Source: an uncultured Thermodesulfobacteriota bacterium
GTDB lineage: Bacteria; Desulfobacterota; Desulfarculia; G963662305
Direction of reading: 5' to 3'
Assembly (NCBI GenBank): GCA_964634465.1
Contig: CAZWLY010000016.1
Location: 7,771 to 71,770, forward strand
DNA: 64,000 nt
Positions 9,601 to 18,295 of this stretch are shown one piece after another (the stretch's first letter is position 1; each line of letters starts with the position of its first letter). A program made the translations under genes and the position numbers. The notes beneath the pieces were generated by a model. It searched no databases, was not told the origin of the DNA, and was given only the letters and a program-made list of their open reading frames with translations.

Positions 9601-10929
9601 GTGACTAGGTATATAAAATCGGCGGCGATAGTCCTGGTTGCTGCGGCTCTGTCCTTCGCCTTCGGGCTCGGTCCGGCCCAGGCCAGCGAATGCGTCAAGT
9701 GCCACACCAACGCCGAAAAATTGAAGGAGATCACCGAATACTTGGCCAAGAAGCGGCCCAGCCAAGAGGATCTGGCCAAGCTGTCCCAGGGGCCGTCCAT
9801 GGCCGGCCCGGTCAAACAGGTCGAGCCCTTCAAGCGGCTGTTGATCACCAAGGAGATGTTCGACTACGAGAACCACGGCGACATCGCCTGCGAAGACTGC
9901 CACAACGGCAATCCGAACACCGACAACTGGCGCCTGGCCCACGGCGGACTGACCCGCGACCCGTCCTATCCCGCGCCCGGTGTGTGCGCCGAGTGCCACG
10001 AGGACGAGGCCAAGAACTACGGCAAAAGCCTCCACCACACCAACGCGCCGATGCTGGCCGCGGTCATGGCCCGGGCGGGCGACGAGCCGTCGATGAAGAA
10101 AAAGGCCAAGCTGGCCTACGACTACAGTTGCACCCAGTGCCACGCCAGTTGCGGCAGTTGCCACATCAGCCGGCCCAACGTCGCCGGCGGCGGCCTTTTG
10201 AAAGGCCACGCCTACCTGGCCCAGCCGTCCGAGGAGGAGACCTGCAACGCCTGCCACGGCGGCACGGTCGGGGTGGAGTTCACTGGCAAGCTCGAGGGCC
10301 TGGCCCCCGACGTCCATTTGACCCAGGGCGAGATGGGTTGCCTGGACTGCCACACCGTGGAGCAGATGCACGGCGACGGTAAGACCTACGCTTCCCGCCG
10401 GGAGGTCGAGAGCCCGGATTGTCTCGACTGCCACGACGACATCTACGCCGAAGGGGCGGCCAACCTGGCCGTTCACCGCGACCACAAGGGCAAGGCCAGT
10501 TGCCAGGTCTGCCACTCCCAGGCCTACCAGAACTGCTCGGGCTGCCACGTCGGCAAGACGGCCAAGGGCGACAAGTTCTTCAAGGTGGACGCCCACAAGG
10601 TCGCCTTCTACATCGGCCGCAACCCCAACAAGAGCGAGCGCCACCCGGAGAAGTTCGTCGTCGTCCGCCAGGCCCCGGCCGCGCCGGATACGTTCAAGTA
10701 CTACCTCGGCGGCCGGCTGCCCGAGTTCGACAAGAGGCCGACCTTCACCTACGCCTCGCCCCACAACATCCAGCGAAAGACCGCTCAGGCCAGCGCCTGC
10801 AACAACTGCCACGGCAATCAGAAGCTGTTCCTGAAAGGCTCGGACATGCCGTCCGACGTGCGCCGGGCCAACCGCAAGGTGATGGCCATCGGCGACAAGA
10901 TCATCCCGCCCAAGCTCCGGGAGGAGTAG
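9601..10929 (+). CDS. Undecahaem c-type cytochrome (11 CXXCH motifs), secreted/periplasmic
   Basis: 442 aa with a GTG start preceded by AGGAG. The signal peptide ends GPAQASE. Eleven CXXCH motifs are present, including two closely spaced pairs (CTQCHASCGSCH and CQVCHSQAYQNCSGCH). Confidence 0.9.
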   Translation: MTRYIKSAAIVLVAAALSFAFGLGPAQASECVKCHTNAEKLKEITEYLAKKRPSQEDLAKLSQGPSMAGPVKQVEPFKRLLITKEMFDYENHGDIACEDCHNGNPNTDNWRLAHGGLTRDPSYPAPGVCAECHEDEAKNYGKSLHHTNAPMLAAVMARAGDEPSMKKKAKLAYDYSCTQCHASCGSCHISRPNVAGGGLLKGHAYLAQPSEEETCNACHGGTVGVEFTGKLEGLAPDVHLTQGEMGCLDCHTVEQMHGDGKTYASRREVESPDCLDCHDDIYAEGAANLAVHRDHKGKASCQVCHSQAYQNCSGCHVGKTAKGDKFFKVDAHKVAFYIGRNPNKSERHPEKFVVVRQAPAAPDTFKYYLGGRLPEFDKRPTFTYASPHNIQRKTAQASACNNCHGNQKLFLKGSDMPSDVRRANRKVMAIGDKIIPPKLREE

Positions 10930-10971
10930 GCCGGCCCGACATCACCGGCCCGATACCACCTGAGGCGAACC

Positions 10972-11009
10972 GGGCCGCCGCCCGTTGGCGGGCGGCGGCC
11001 CTTCTTTCC
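10972..11009 (+). terminator. Rho-independent terminator after the cytochrome gene (possibly bidirectional, convergent with the ligase gene)
   Basis: A perfect 13-bp inverted repeat, GGGCCGCCGCCCG ttgg CGGGCGGCGGCCC, is followed by TTCTTTCC. Confidence 0.55.
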
Positions 11010-11063
11010 GGGCACCGGCCGAACGTCCGGGCCCGGCCCGCGATCGATGCCTGAACTTCCGGC

Positions 11064-12632
11064 CTATATCTTTCGATCCCACCCCCGCCAATACTTCTCC
11101 CTGACCTTGCGCCTGAGCAGCTTGCCCGAGGCGCTCTTGGGCAGTTCCGGCCAGAACTCCACCGATTTCGGCTTCTTGTAGCCGGCCACCCGCTGGCCGA
11201 CAAAGGCGATCAGCTCCGCCTCCTCGACCCGCCGGCCCGGCTTGAGCGCCACCACCGCCTTGACCGCCTCGCCCCAGTGATCGTCGGGCACGCCGACCAC
11301 CGTCGCCTCCAAGACGGCCGGGTGCTCGTAAAGGGCCTCCTCCACCTCGCGGGGGTAGATGTTCTTGCCGCCGCTGATGATCAGATCGTCCTTGCGATCG
11401 ACGATGTAGACATAGCCGTCCTCGTCGAAGTAGGCCATGTCGCCGGTATGAAGCCAGCCGTCCTTGATCTTCTCGGCAGTCTTGTCGGGCAGTCGCCAGT
11501 AGCCGATCATCATCGCTTCGCTCTTGACCGCTATCTCACCCACCTCGCCGACCGGGACGTCGTTCCCCTCGGCGTCGACGATTCTGACCTGGTAGTCCAG
11601 GACCGGCCGGCCGGCCGAGGCCAGCTTTTTGACCTTGTTCTCCGGCCCGTCCAGGACGTGGTCCTCGGGCGGGAGGGTGGTGGTCAGCGGCCCGGTCTCG
11701 GTGGCCCCGTACTGCTGGCAGAAGCCGGTTCCGAATCGGCCGAAGGCGGACAAGGCCTTCTTCAACAGCTCCACCGGCATGGGCGAGCCGACGTAGAAGA
11801 TCCGCTTGAGCGAGCTCAGGTCCACCGAATCCATGAGAGGCGAGTGGAGCATGGCGTTGATCATCGTCGGCACCAGGAGGCAGACGGTGATCCGTTCCCT
11901 GGCCAGCGTTTCCAAAACCTTGGCCGGGTCGAACGGAGAGCCGTAGACGACCGTGGTGTTGGGTATGAAAAAGCAGCGCCCCAGGTTGTCCTCAAAGGCG
12001 ACGTGGGACATCGGGGCGACGATGAGACAGCGTTCGTCGTAGCCGAACTGGTTTTCGATGACGCCGGTGACGGCGGTGGTGACCAGGTGGTTGTGGCTGC
12101 GCATCGCCCCCTTGGGCTTGCCCGTGGTGCCGGAGGTGAAGTAGATGCTCATCACGTCGCGGGGCGACACCTCGACCTCCGGCTCGGCCGAATCTCCGGA
12201 CTCGAGCAGTTCTCCGTAGCTTTGGGATCGATCCCACTCGGACCCGTCGAGGCAGACGTAGCGCTCGACCGAATCCAGATCGGGGGCGACGGCCTTCAGC
12301 CCCGGCTCGAAAGCGCTCCCATAGAAGACGAACCTGGGCTCGGAGTAGTCGATCAAATACGCCAACTCTTTTTCGGTGACCAGGCCCGAGTACGGGCAGA
12401 AGATGGCCCCCGTCTTGGCCGCGGCGAAGTAGAGTTCGATGAACTGGTGGCAGTTGGCCGTCTGGACGCCGAGGCGATCGCCCTTTTTCAGCCCCCGCTC
12501 CAGGAGGGCGTTGGCCAGGCGGTTGACCCGCTCGTTGAACTGCTGGAAGGTAAACGAACTTTTTCCGTCGATGACGGCCGTCTTGTCTGGAAATTTGGCC
12601 GCCCCTCGGGCCAACATGTCGCCTACGGTCAT
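11064..12632 (-). CDS. AMP-forming acyl-CoA/aryl-CoA ligase (AMP-binding family)
   Basis: 522 aa counted from MTVGDMLARGAAKFPDKTAVIDG. AMP-binding motifs YTSGTTGKPKG and YGATETG are present, and the C-terminus ends GKLLRRKVREKYW. The upstream in-frame extension is Arg-rich and has no RBS. Confidence 0.85.
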   Translation of the reverse strand: MTVGDMLARGAAKFPDKTAVIDGKSSFTFQQFNERVNRLANALLERGLKKGDRLGVQTANCHQFIELYFAAAKTGAIFCPYSGLVTEKELAYLIDYSEPRFVFYGSAFEPGLKAVAPDLDSVERYVCLDGSEWDRSQSYGELLESGDSAEPEVEVSPRDVMSIYFTSGTTGKPKGAMRSHNHLVTTAVTGVIENQFGYDERCLIVAPMSHVAFEDNLGRCFFIPNTTVVYGSPFDPAKVLETLARERITVCLLVPTMINAMLHSPLMDSVDLSSLKRIFYVGSPMPVELLKKALSAFGRFGTGFCQQYGATETGPLTTTLPPEDHVLDGPENKVKKLASAGRPVLDYQVRIVDAEGNDVPVGEVGEIAVKSEAMMIGYWRLPDKTAEKIKDGWLHTGDMAYFDEDGYVYIVDRKDDLIISGGKNIYPREVEEALYEHPAVLEATVVGVPDDHWGEAVKAVVALKPGRRVEEAELIAFVGQRVAGYKKPKSVEFWPELPKSASGKLLRRKVREKYWRGWDRKI

Positions 12633-12831
12633 GAAAACCCCCTCGATCCCAAATTCCCCTTGGCGGTCGGAGCCCGGCCGAGCCGACGGCCGGCCGCCGA
12701 CGCGGGATGACGTTGTTGGATTGGCTCGCCTGCGGGAAACGATTGACCCGATTCGGGACCGAGTGCGGCCCCTTAGCCGGCCCGACGATCTTAGCACCGG
12801 CCGGCCCGGAAGCACAAGCCGGGGGAGGCCG

Positions 12832-12914
12832 AAAAGCGCCGGGAGAGAGGGGGTTCGTCTCCCGGGGCGAGATCGAAGGCGGGCCGCGTCCTTTTCGACG
12901 CGGCCCGGCGTTTT
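12832..12914 (-). terminator. Pair of GC hairpins with flanking A/T runs between the two ligase genes (candidate bidirectional terminator)
   Basis: On the minus strand, hairpin CGGGAGA..TCTCCCG is followed by GCGCTTTTCGG. On the plus strand, hairpin GGGCCGCGTC cttttc GACGCGGCCC is followed by GGCGTTTTCC. Confidence 0.3.
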
Positions 12915-13001
12915 CCCCTCGACGCCCGGCCGAAGCGCTTTCCACAATCGAAGAGCCGGCCCGCCCAGGCAATGGTTCAGAGTTGTTTCCGAGAGGCGGC
13001 C

Positions 13002-14873
13002 CTAGTCCGTCTCCACCCTGTATTTGACGGCGTAGTTGGCCAGTATTTCGTGAACCTTGGCCTCGACGGCCTCGGCCGAGGCGTCCCGGGCCGGCTTGAC
13101 GCCGATTACGGCCAGGGTGCCGTGGATCTTGTCCTCGCCGACCTCGACCGTCACCGACTCGGCCAGTTCGCCCAGAGCGGCCAGCTCGGCGGTGAAGGCC
13201 CGCTTGACGGCGTCCCACTTGAGGGCCGGCTTGAAGATTTTGCCGACGGCGGTCAAGGGCATCTGGTCGATGACGAGCACCTGCTTGGGGATGGCCGCCC
13301 GCTCGCCGACCTCGGCCTTGAGGTAGTCCAGGATGTCCTCGGGCGTCATTTTGACCCCCTCTTGGAGCTGGACGTAGACCGCCGGGACCTCGCCGGCGTA
13401 GGGGTCGGGCCAGGGCACGGCCGCGGCCACGGCCACGCCCTCCAAGCGGTAGAGCGGGTCTTCGATCAGGGCCGGATCGATGTTGTGGCCGCCGCGGATG
13501 ATGAGCTCCTTTTTGCGGCCGGTCAGCCAGAGGTAGCCGTCGGCGTCCATTCGGCCCAGATCGCCGGTGTTGAACCAGCCTTCCTCGGCCCAGACGCCCT
13601 GGTTGTGGGCTTCGTCCAGGTAGCCGTTGAATACGTTGGGGCCGCTGATCAAAACCGAGCCGATCTCGTCGGTCTCGGCTTCGCGCACGAGGCGGCCGTC
13701 TTCGTCGAGGCGGCCGATCTTTATCTTGTGGTAGGGCAGGCGAAGACCCACCGAGCCGATCTTGCGCTCGCCGTAGAGGGGATTGACCGCCGAGACGCAG
13801 GTGCCCTCGGTCAGGCCGTAGCCCTCCAGGATGCTCAGCCCGGTGTAGTCCTCGAAGCGTTGGAACAGCTCCACCGACAGCGGGGCCGCGCCGCAGACCA
13901 GGAAGCGCAGCGAGGAGATGTCGGCTCCACCCTTGGGCACCTCCAAGAGCACCGAGAGAATGGTCGGCACGGCCGAGAACATGATCGCCCGGTAGCGCTC
14001 GATGATCTTGTAGAAGTTCTTGATGATCGCCGGGTCGCGGTAACCGGCCGGCGAGAGCAGGACGACATGGGCGCCGCTGAGGAACGGGGCCGAGCCGGTG
14101 ACGGTGGTGCCGTTGACGTGGAAGAGCGGCAGGCCGCACAGGGCCGCGTCTCCCGGTTTGAAGCCCAGCACGGCGGCGGTCATGAAGGCCATCACCGCCT
14201 CGTTGAAGTGGCTGTGGGGGGCCAACTTGGGCGTGCCGGTGGTGCCGCCGGTGTGGTACATCGAGGCCATGTCGGTCGGCTCGATTATCCGGCCTGAATC
14301 GAGCTTGTCGCCGTCGTACTTGGCCACGGCCTCGTCGAAGCCGATGACGCCGTTCTTCTCGTCGCCGGGTCCCGGAACCCGGATCACGGCCTTCAGCTCG
14401 GGCAGCTCCCGGCGGACCGCCTCCACCTTGGGCCAGATCTCGGCCCCGGGAGTCTCGCCCAGGGCGACCAGGACCTTGGTCCCGGCGGCGCGGCAGATGT
14501 CGGCGATGGTGGCCGGCTCCAAAAGGGGATTGATCGGGTTGACCACGCCGGTCGCTTCGCCGCCCCAGAGGGTGAAGTGGGTCTGGGGCAGGTTGGGCAG
14601 AAGGTAGGAGATCACGTCCTTGGGACCCAGGCCCAGGTCGTGGAACAGATTGGCCGTCCGGGTCACCTGGGCCAGAAAATCGCGGTAGGAGATGACGATC
14701 GGCCGGTCATACTCCTCGCCCGAGGGAATGAAGCTGATCGCCGCTCCGTCCGGGTTCTTGGCCGCGCCGGTTTTGAGCAGATCGTAGGTGTTGAACGCCT
14801 CGAGCCGCTCCTCGATGGGGATCCGTTCGAACTCTTCGATGTCGGCCAGGGCGGTGACTCTCAACTCTGACAT
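13002..14873 (-). CDS. AMP-forming acyl-CoA ligase with a roughly 70-aa C-terminal extension
   Basis: 623 aa counted from MSELRVTALADIEEFE, with a GAGGAG RBS. Motifs are YHTGGTTGTPK and GYGLTEGT. An extra C-terminal segment follows the usual ligase end. Confidence 0.85.
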   Translation of the reverse strand: MSELRVTALADIEEFERIPIEERLEAFNTYDLLKTGAAKNPDGAAISFIPSGEEYDRPIVISYRDFLAQVTRTANLFHDLGLGPKDVISYLLPNLPQTHFTLWGGEATGVVNPINPLLEPATIADICRAAGTKVLVALGETPGAEIWPKVEAVRRELPELKAVIRVPGPGDEKNGVIGFDEAVAKYDGDKLDSGRIIEPTDMASMYHTGGTTGTPKLAPHSHFNEAVMAFMTAAVLGFKPGDAALCGLPLFHVNGTTVTGSAPFLSGAHVVLLSPAGYRDPAIIKNFYKIIERYRAIMFSAVPTILSVLLEVPKGGADISSLRFLVCGAAPLSVELFQRFEDYTGLSILEGYGLTEGTCVSAVNPLYGERKIGSVGLRLPYHKIKIGRLDEDGRLVREAETDEIGSVLISGPNVFNGYLDEAHNQGVWAEEGWFNTGDLGRMDADGYLWLTGRKKELIIRGGHNIDPALIEDPLYRLEGVAVAAAVPWPDPYAGEVPAVYVQLQEGVKMTPEDILDYLKAEVGERAAIPKQVLVIDQMPLTAVGKIFKPALKWDAVKRAFTAELAALGELAESVTVEVGEDKIHGTLAVIGVKPARDASAEAVEAKVHEILANYAVKYRVETD

Positions 14874-14947
14874 GGGAGCTCCTCGCTTTCTGGTTGACGC
14901 TCCTTCAAATTGCCTCACCGGAAGCCGGGGATCAAGACCGTCGAGCC

Positions 14948-14996
14948 GAAAAGCACCGGTAACCAGCGGGTTCGGCTGGAGCCCGCCGGTTACCGG
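14948..14996 (-). terminator. Rho-independent terminator downstream of the His-rich ORF (minus strand)
   Basis: The minus-strand RNA folds as CCGGUAACCGGCGGG, an 11-nt loop, then CCCGCUGGUUACCGG (one G-U pair), followed by UGCUUUUCGG. It begins 22 nt after the stop at 15018. Confidence 0.45.
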
Positions 14997-15017
14997 GCTT
15001 TGAAGGCGGCCGTCGCC

Positions 15018-15278
15018 TCAGTGGTCGTGGTCGTGAATCTCCGTTTCGTGGCCGGGATGGTCGTGCTCGTGGGGCCCGTGCTCGCCGGAGTGGTCATGGT
15101 CGTGGACCTCGGGCGGGCCGGTGTGAACATGCTCGTGGCTGTGCTCGTGGCTGTGCTCATGGCTGTGGGTGTGAGAGTGCTCGTGGCGATGCTTCTCATC
15201 GCCGTGGAAATGTTCGTGCTCGTGCACATGGGTGTGCACATGGCTGTGCAAATGTTTGTGTTCGTGCCTGCCTTCCAT
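15018..15278 (-). CDS. Extremely histidine-rich small protein (86 aa, about 45% His in HxH/HEH repeats); putative metal-binding protein
   Basis: Counted from MEGRHEHKHLHSHVHTHVHEHEHFHGDEKHRHEHSHTHSHEHSHEHSHEHVHTG... with an AAGGGGGT RBS 8 nt upstream. It has its own downstream terminator and lies in the same orientation as the flanking ligase and PaaK genes. Confidence 0.6.
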   Translation of the reverse strand: MEGRHEHKHLHSHVHTHVHEHEHFHGDEKHRHEHSHTHSHEHSHEHSHEHVHTGPPEVHDHDHSGEHGPHEHDHPGHETEIHDHDH

Positions 15279-15456
15279 GGGCGACCCCCTTGTCTTGGTT
15301 TTTATGGACCCGCTGTGGCCTTGGGAATAGTGTAACCCGCCGGAAGTGATCGACAAAGAGAAATTGGCCGGCCTCTTGGCGGCGGGACGTGTCTTGCCGG
15401 CGGGTTCGTCTCCCGGGCGGCGATCGATAGGGGCCGGCGAGTTCAAGACCGTCCGG

Positions 15457-15633
15457 TCATGGCCTCTCGGGCGGCAGATAGAGGTTGAGCTCCATCATCT
15501 TGACCGAGGCCTCGATACGCAGGGCGTTGCGCCAGATGGCCGGAAAGGAGGACGACTCCTCGATCAGAGCCTCGGCCTCCCGGCGGATGCGTTCGATGCG
15601 GGCGGCCAATTCGGCCAACTTCTGCTGATCCAT
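15457..15633 (-). CDS. Small hypothetical protein (58 aa, predicted helical), translationally coupled to the PaaK-family ligase
   Basis: MDQQKLAELAARIERIRREAEALIEESSSFPAIWRNALRIEASVKMMELNLYLPPERP. A strong GGGGAGGAAAGG RBS starts 3 nt after the PaaK stop. The rest of the long ORF 15457..16881 is Arg/Gly/Pro-rich and is likely not translated. Confidence 0.5.
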   Translation of the reverse strand: MDQQKLAELAARIERIRREAEALIEESSSFPAIWRNALRIEASVKMMELNLYLPPERP

Positions 15634-15644
15634 CCTTTCCTCCC

Positions 15645-16976
15645 CTAATGGAGCCGGCGCAGGTCCTTGAACCGGCGCGCCTTGACCTCGTAGCGCGGCA
15701 GGCTGCCGAAGTCGTGGACTTCGATCAGGTAACCCAGATTGGTCTTGAGCCTCAACTCGTCCTTGAGCCTGGCCAGGACGGCCTCCACGTCGCCGGAGAA
15801 ATCCGGGGCGAACTCGATTTTCAGGGTGATCTTGTCGCTGTCGCCGATCCGTTCGACCGTCACCTCGTACTCGTCGCCCAACTCGGTGAATCCCCTCACC
15901 ACCTCCTCGATGGCCGAGGGGGACAGGAGCACGCCCTTGACCTTGGTGATGTCGTCGGCCCGGCCCAAAACGCCGCCCTTGACCAGCCTGAAGGTCCGGC
16001 CGCAGGGGCAGGGCTGGTCCGCCCATTCGATGACGTCCTTGGAGTCGAAGCGGACGCAGGGCTGGGCCAGGCGATCGAAGGCGGTGATGACCATCCGGCC
16101 CGGGCGGCCCGGCTCCTCGATCGGCCGGCCGGTCTCCAGATCCTCGATCTGGACCAGGAACATGGCTTCGTTGGCGTGCAGTCCGCCCGGCTGGTGAGCG
16201 CACTCGTACCCCCAGGCCCCGATCTCGGTCGCGCCGGCGTGATCGAAGACCTTGGCTCCCCAGGCCTCCTCCAACCGTCGCTTGGTGGTCGGGATCGACG
16301 CCCCGGGTTCGCCGGCGCAGGTGATCTTGGTGATGGTCAGCTCGGCCGGGTCGAGGCCGAGCCGGTTTCTGGCCACGGCGGCCATGTTCAGGATGTAGGT
16401 CGGGGTGCCCATCATCGCCGTGGCCTTCAACTCCTGGATCTTGAGCACCCGGGCGGCGGTGTCCAGGACGCCGCCGGGCACCACCTCGCAGCCGATCTTC
16501 TCGGCGGCGTAGTGCCCGGCCCAAAAGGCGACGAAGACGTTGTAGCCGAAGGGGATGAAGACCCGGTCGTCGGGTCGGTATCCCTGGGACCAGAGGATGA
16601 AAGACCAGCATTCCGACCACCACTCCCAGTCGGCCCAGGTGTCGGCCTGGTAGACCGGCCGGCCGGTGGTGCCTGAGGTCTGGCGGTACTCGACCACCTC
16701 GCTTAAGGGCACGCTCAAGATCGAGCCGTAGGGGAAGGGCTCCTCCTCTTGAGCGGCCTGGAGCGCCGCCTTGTCCACCTTTGGCGTCTTGGCCGCGTCG
16801 TCGAGGCTTTTGATGTCGCCGGGCTCGAGGCCGGCCTGTTGATACAAGCGGCGATAGAAGGGCGAGCGGTCGTAGGCCCACTCGAGGATCCGTTTGAACT
16901 TGGCCAGTTGGAGTTCCCGGAGCCGCTCCGGCTCCAGGGTTTCGAGGACCGGGTTCCAGTAGGGACTCTCGGTCAT
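15645..16976 (-). CDS. paaK: Phenylacetate-CoA ligase family protein (PaaK/F390-synthetase-like adenylate-forming enzyme)
   Basis: 443 aa counted from MTESPYWNPVLETLEPERLRELQLAKFKRIL, with a GGAGGCGG RBS. PaaK-family motifs SGTTG and CPCGRT are present. The gene sits 17 bp downstream of dctM. Confidence 0.85.
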   Translation of the reverse strand: MTESPYWNPVLETLEPERLRELQLAKFKRILEWAYDRSPFYRRLYQQAGLEPGDIKSLDDAAKTPKVDKAALQAAQEEEPFPYGSILSVPLSEVVEYRQTSGTTGRPVYQADTWADWEWWSECWSFILWSQGYRPDDRVFIPFGYNVFVAFWAGHYAAEKIGCEVVPGGVLDTAARVLKIQELKATAMMGTPTYILNMAAVARNRLGLDPAELTITKITCAGEPGASIPTTKRRLEEAWGAKVFDHAGATEIGAWGYECAHQPGGLHANEAMFLVQIEDLETGRPIEEPGRPGRMVITAFDRLAQPCVRFDSKDVIEWADQPCPCGRTFRLVKGGVLGRADDITKVKGVLLSPSAIEEVVRGFTELGDEYEVTVERIGDSDKITLKIEFAPDFSGDVEAVLARLKDELRLKTNLGYLIEVHDFGSLPRYEVKARRFKDLRRLH

Positions 16977-16993
16977 GTCCGCCTCCGAGCCGG

Positions 16994-18295
16994 TCAGTAC
17001 ATCAACCTGGGCAGCCACAGGACGATCATGGGGAAGGCGACCAGGAAGCCGGTGCCGACGATCAGGGCGATCAGGAACGGCACCACGCCTTTGAAGATCG
17101 TCTCCAGGGCGATGTCCTTGTCGATGCCGTTGACCACGTAGACGTTGATCCCCACCGGCGGGGTGATGACCCCCATCTGGGTGACCAGGACGATGATGAT
17201 CCCGAACCAGATCGGGTCGTAGCCCAACTCGACGATGATCGGGTAGAAGATGGGGATGGTCAGCATGATCAGGGCCAGCGCGTCGATGAAGCAACCGCCG
17301 ATCAGGTAGACCAGGATGATCATCGAGATGATCGCCCAGGGGGCCATGTCCATGCCGGCCACCCAATTGGCCACCTGGAACGGGATTCGGGTGACCGCCA
17401 GAAAGTGGCCGAAGACCACCGCCCCGGCCACCAGCAACAGGACCATGCACGAGGTCCGAAGCGTCTCGTAGACCGATTTGACAAAGGCGGCCCAGGTGAG
17501 CTGTCGTCGGATCAGGGCCACCAAGAGCACCGCCGCCGCGCCGATCCCGCCGGCCTCGGTGGGGGTGAACACGCCGGTGAACAGGCCGCCCATGACCAGG
17601 ACGAACACGGCCAGGGTCTCGCCGGTGTCGGTCAGGGACCGGAACCGTTCCTTCCAGGTGAACACCTTGCCCTTGGGGCCCTGCTCGGGTTTGAGCCAGC
17701 AGTAGCCGAGGACGGCCAGGGCGAACCAGCCGGTCATGAAGACGGCCGGAATGATGCCGGCCACGAACAGCTCGCCGATGGATTGCTCGGTCAAGATGCC
17801 GTAGACGATCAGGACCACGCTGGGCGGCATGAGCATTCCCAGGCCGCCGCCCGAGGCGACCGAGCCGGCCGCCAGCTCGGGGGCGTAGCCGTAGCGCTTC
17901 ATCTCGGGCAGCCCGACGGTGGCCATGGTCGCCGCCGTGGCCGGCGAGGAGCCGCACACGGCGCCGAAGGCGGTGCAGGCGCAGACCGTGGCCGTGGCCA
18001 GGCCGCCCCGATAGGCGCCGACGAACTTGTAGGCCGAGTCGTAGAGCCGGCGGGAGATGCCGGCGTTGAAGGCGATCTGGCCCATGAAGATGAAAAGCGG
18101 GATGATGGTCAACCCGTAGGAGGAGTAGACCTCGAAGAAGTCCCGGGCCAGGAGCTTCAACCCGGCCGAGCCCGAAACCAGAAAGGAAAAGCCGAGGTAG
18201 CCGATCATGGTCATCACGTAGGCGACCGGCATCCGGGAGAAGAAGACCAGGACCAGGACGGCGATCCCGATGAAGCCGATGGTGGTCGGGCTCAT
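16994..18295 (-). CDS. dctM: TRAP transporter large permease
   Basis: 433 aa polytopic membrane protein with the typical DctM sequence. It has a 4-bp overlap with dctQ. Confidence 0.9.
   Translation of the reverse strand: MSPTTIGFIGIAVLVLVFFSRMPVAYVMTMIGYLGFSFLVSGSAGLKLLARDFFEVYSSYGLTIIPLFIFMGQIAFNAGISRRLYDSAYKFVGAYRGGLATATVCACTAFGAVCGSSPATAATMATVGLPEMKRYGYAPELAAGSVASGGGLGMLMPPSVVLIVYGILTEQSIGELFVAGIIPAVFMTGWFALAVLGYCWLKPEQGPKGKVFTWKERFRSLTDTGETLAVFVLVMGGLFTGVFTPTEAGGIGAAAVLLVALIRRQLTWAAFVKSVYETLRTSCMVLLLVAGAVVFGHFLAVTRIPFQVANWVAGMDMAPWAIISMIILVYLIGGCFIDALALIMLTIPIFYPIIVELGYDPIWFGIIIVLVTQMGVITPPVGINVYVVNGIDKDIALETIFKGVVPFLIALIVGTGFLVAFPMIVLWLPRLMY

Noticed and set aside
14910-15335. Plus-strand ORF encoding a Val/Met/Ala-rich hydrophobic 141-aa peptide opposite the His-rich ORF
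   Set aside because: It has no RBS. The downstream terminator and the surrounding genes are oriented for the minus strand. The hydrophobic reading is the mirror image of the (CAC/CAT)n codon bias.
15634-16881. Upstream 400+ codons of the 474-aa minus-strand ORF 15457..16881
   Set aside because: This part is RG/RP-rich low-complexity sequence overlapping the PaaK-family gene in another frame. Only the final 58 codons have an RBS and plausible composition.
16977-17957. N-terminal 327 codons of the 770-aa ORF 15645..17957, suggesting a huge PaaK fusion
   Set aside because: This stretch overlaps dctM in a different frame and is low-complexity. A strong RBS and a typical PaaK N-terminus begin at 16976.
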